Shown here piece after piece: positions 44,792-44,899 of a stretch of DNA of 44,899 nucleotides. Source of the DNA: Guillardia theta CCMP2712. Lineage: Eukaryota; Protista; Cryptophyta. The position numbers were made by a program, and so were the translations under genes. The notes below the pieces were generated by a model. It was given only the letters and a program-made list of their open reading frames with translations. It searched no databases and was not told the DNA's origin. Location of the stretch: assembly GCF_000315625.1 (NCBI RefSeq), contig NW_005434601.1, forward strand, positions 155,988 through 200,886. The letters are read 5' to 3'. Within the stretch, counting starts at the first letter, position 1. Each line of letters begins with the position of its first letter.

Positions 44792-44899
44792 TGGAGGAGG
44801 AGGAGGAGGAGGAGGAGGAGGAGGAGGAGGAGGAGGAGGAGGAGGAGGAGGAGGAGGAGGAGGAGGAGGAGGAGGAGGAGGAGGAGGAGGAGGAGGAGG
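44792..44899. repeat. (GGA)n microsatellite; a second tract lies at 44291-44351
   Basis: Directly visible. Confidence 0.95.

Overview
Eukaryotic nuclear DNA. It is gene-dense, with many ~45-55 nt GT-AG introns, introns expanded by CT/GA microsatellites, and a 100-N assembly gap. These features and an AXAF-type plastid-targeting leader suggest a cryptophyte alga such as Guillardia (inference). Most ORF-track entries are exon fragments or antisense/repeat artefacts, so I rebuilt the genes by hand-splicing. In order: (1) 3' part of a kinesin-2 motor (KIF3B/FLA8-like); (2) UgpQ-like glycerophosphodiester phosphodiesterase; (3) small coiled-coil gene; (4) a minus-strand gene that splices cleanly into a winged-helix (HSF/ETS-like) domain, a phage-tailspike intramolecular-chaperone (Peptidase_G2-like) domain, a coiled coil and hydrophobic helices; (5) secretory-pathway GT10 fucosyltransferase fused to a second GT-like domain; (6) Pro-rich orphan; (7) probably plastid-targeted RibD_C reductase-like protein; (8) bacterial-type alanine-racemase-fold protein with a possible signal peptide and an altered active site; (9) coiled-coil gene; (10) nearly intronless ~1,900-aa secreted protein with seven copies of an unrecognised module, Cys-rich repeats and a CUB domain; (11) cryptic Ser-Asp repeat ORF; (12) LRR + p25alpha/TPPP-like protein; (13) ankyrin protein; (14) IQ-motif protein; (15) a truncated gene. 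Gene 4 is the top finding: it resembles a MYRF-like membrane-tethered, possibly self-cleaving transcription factor built from different parts. No rRNA, tRNA or CRISPR array was seen. All family calls are by-eye motif recognition; no database search was run.
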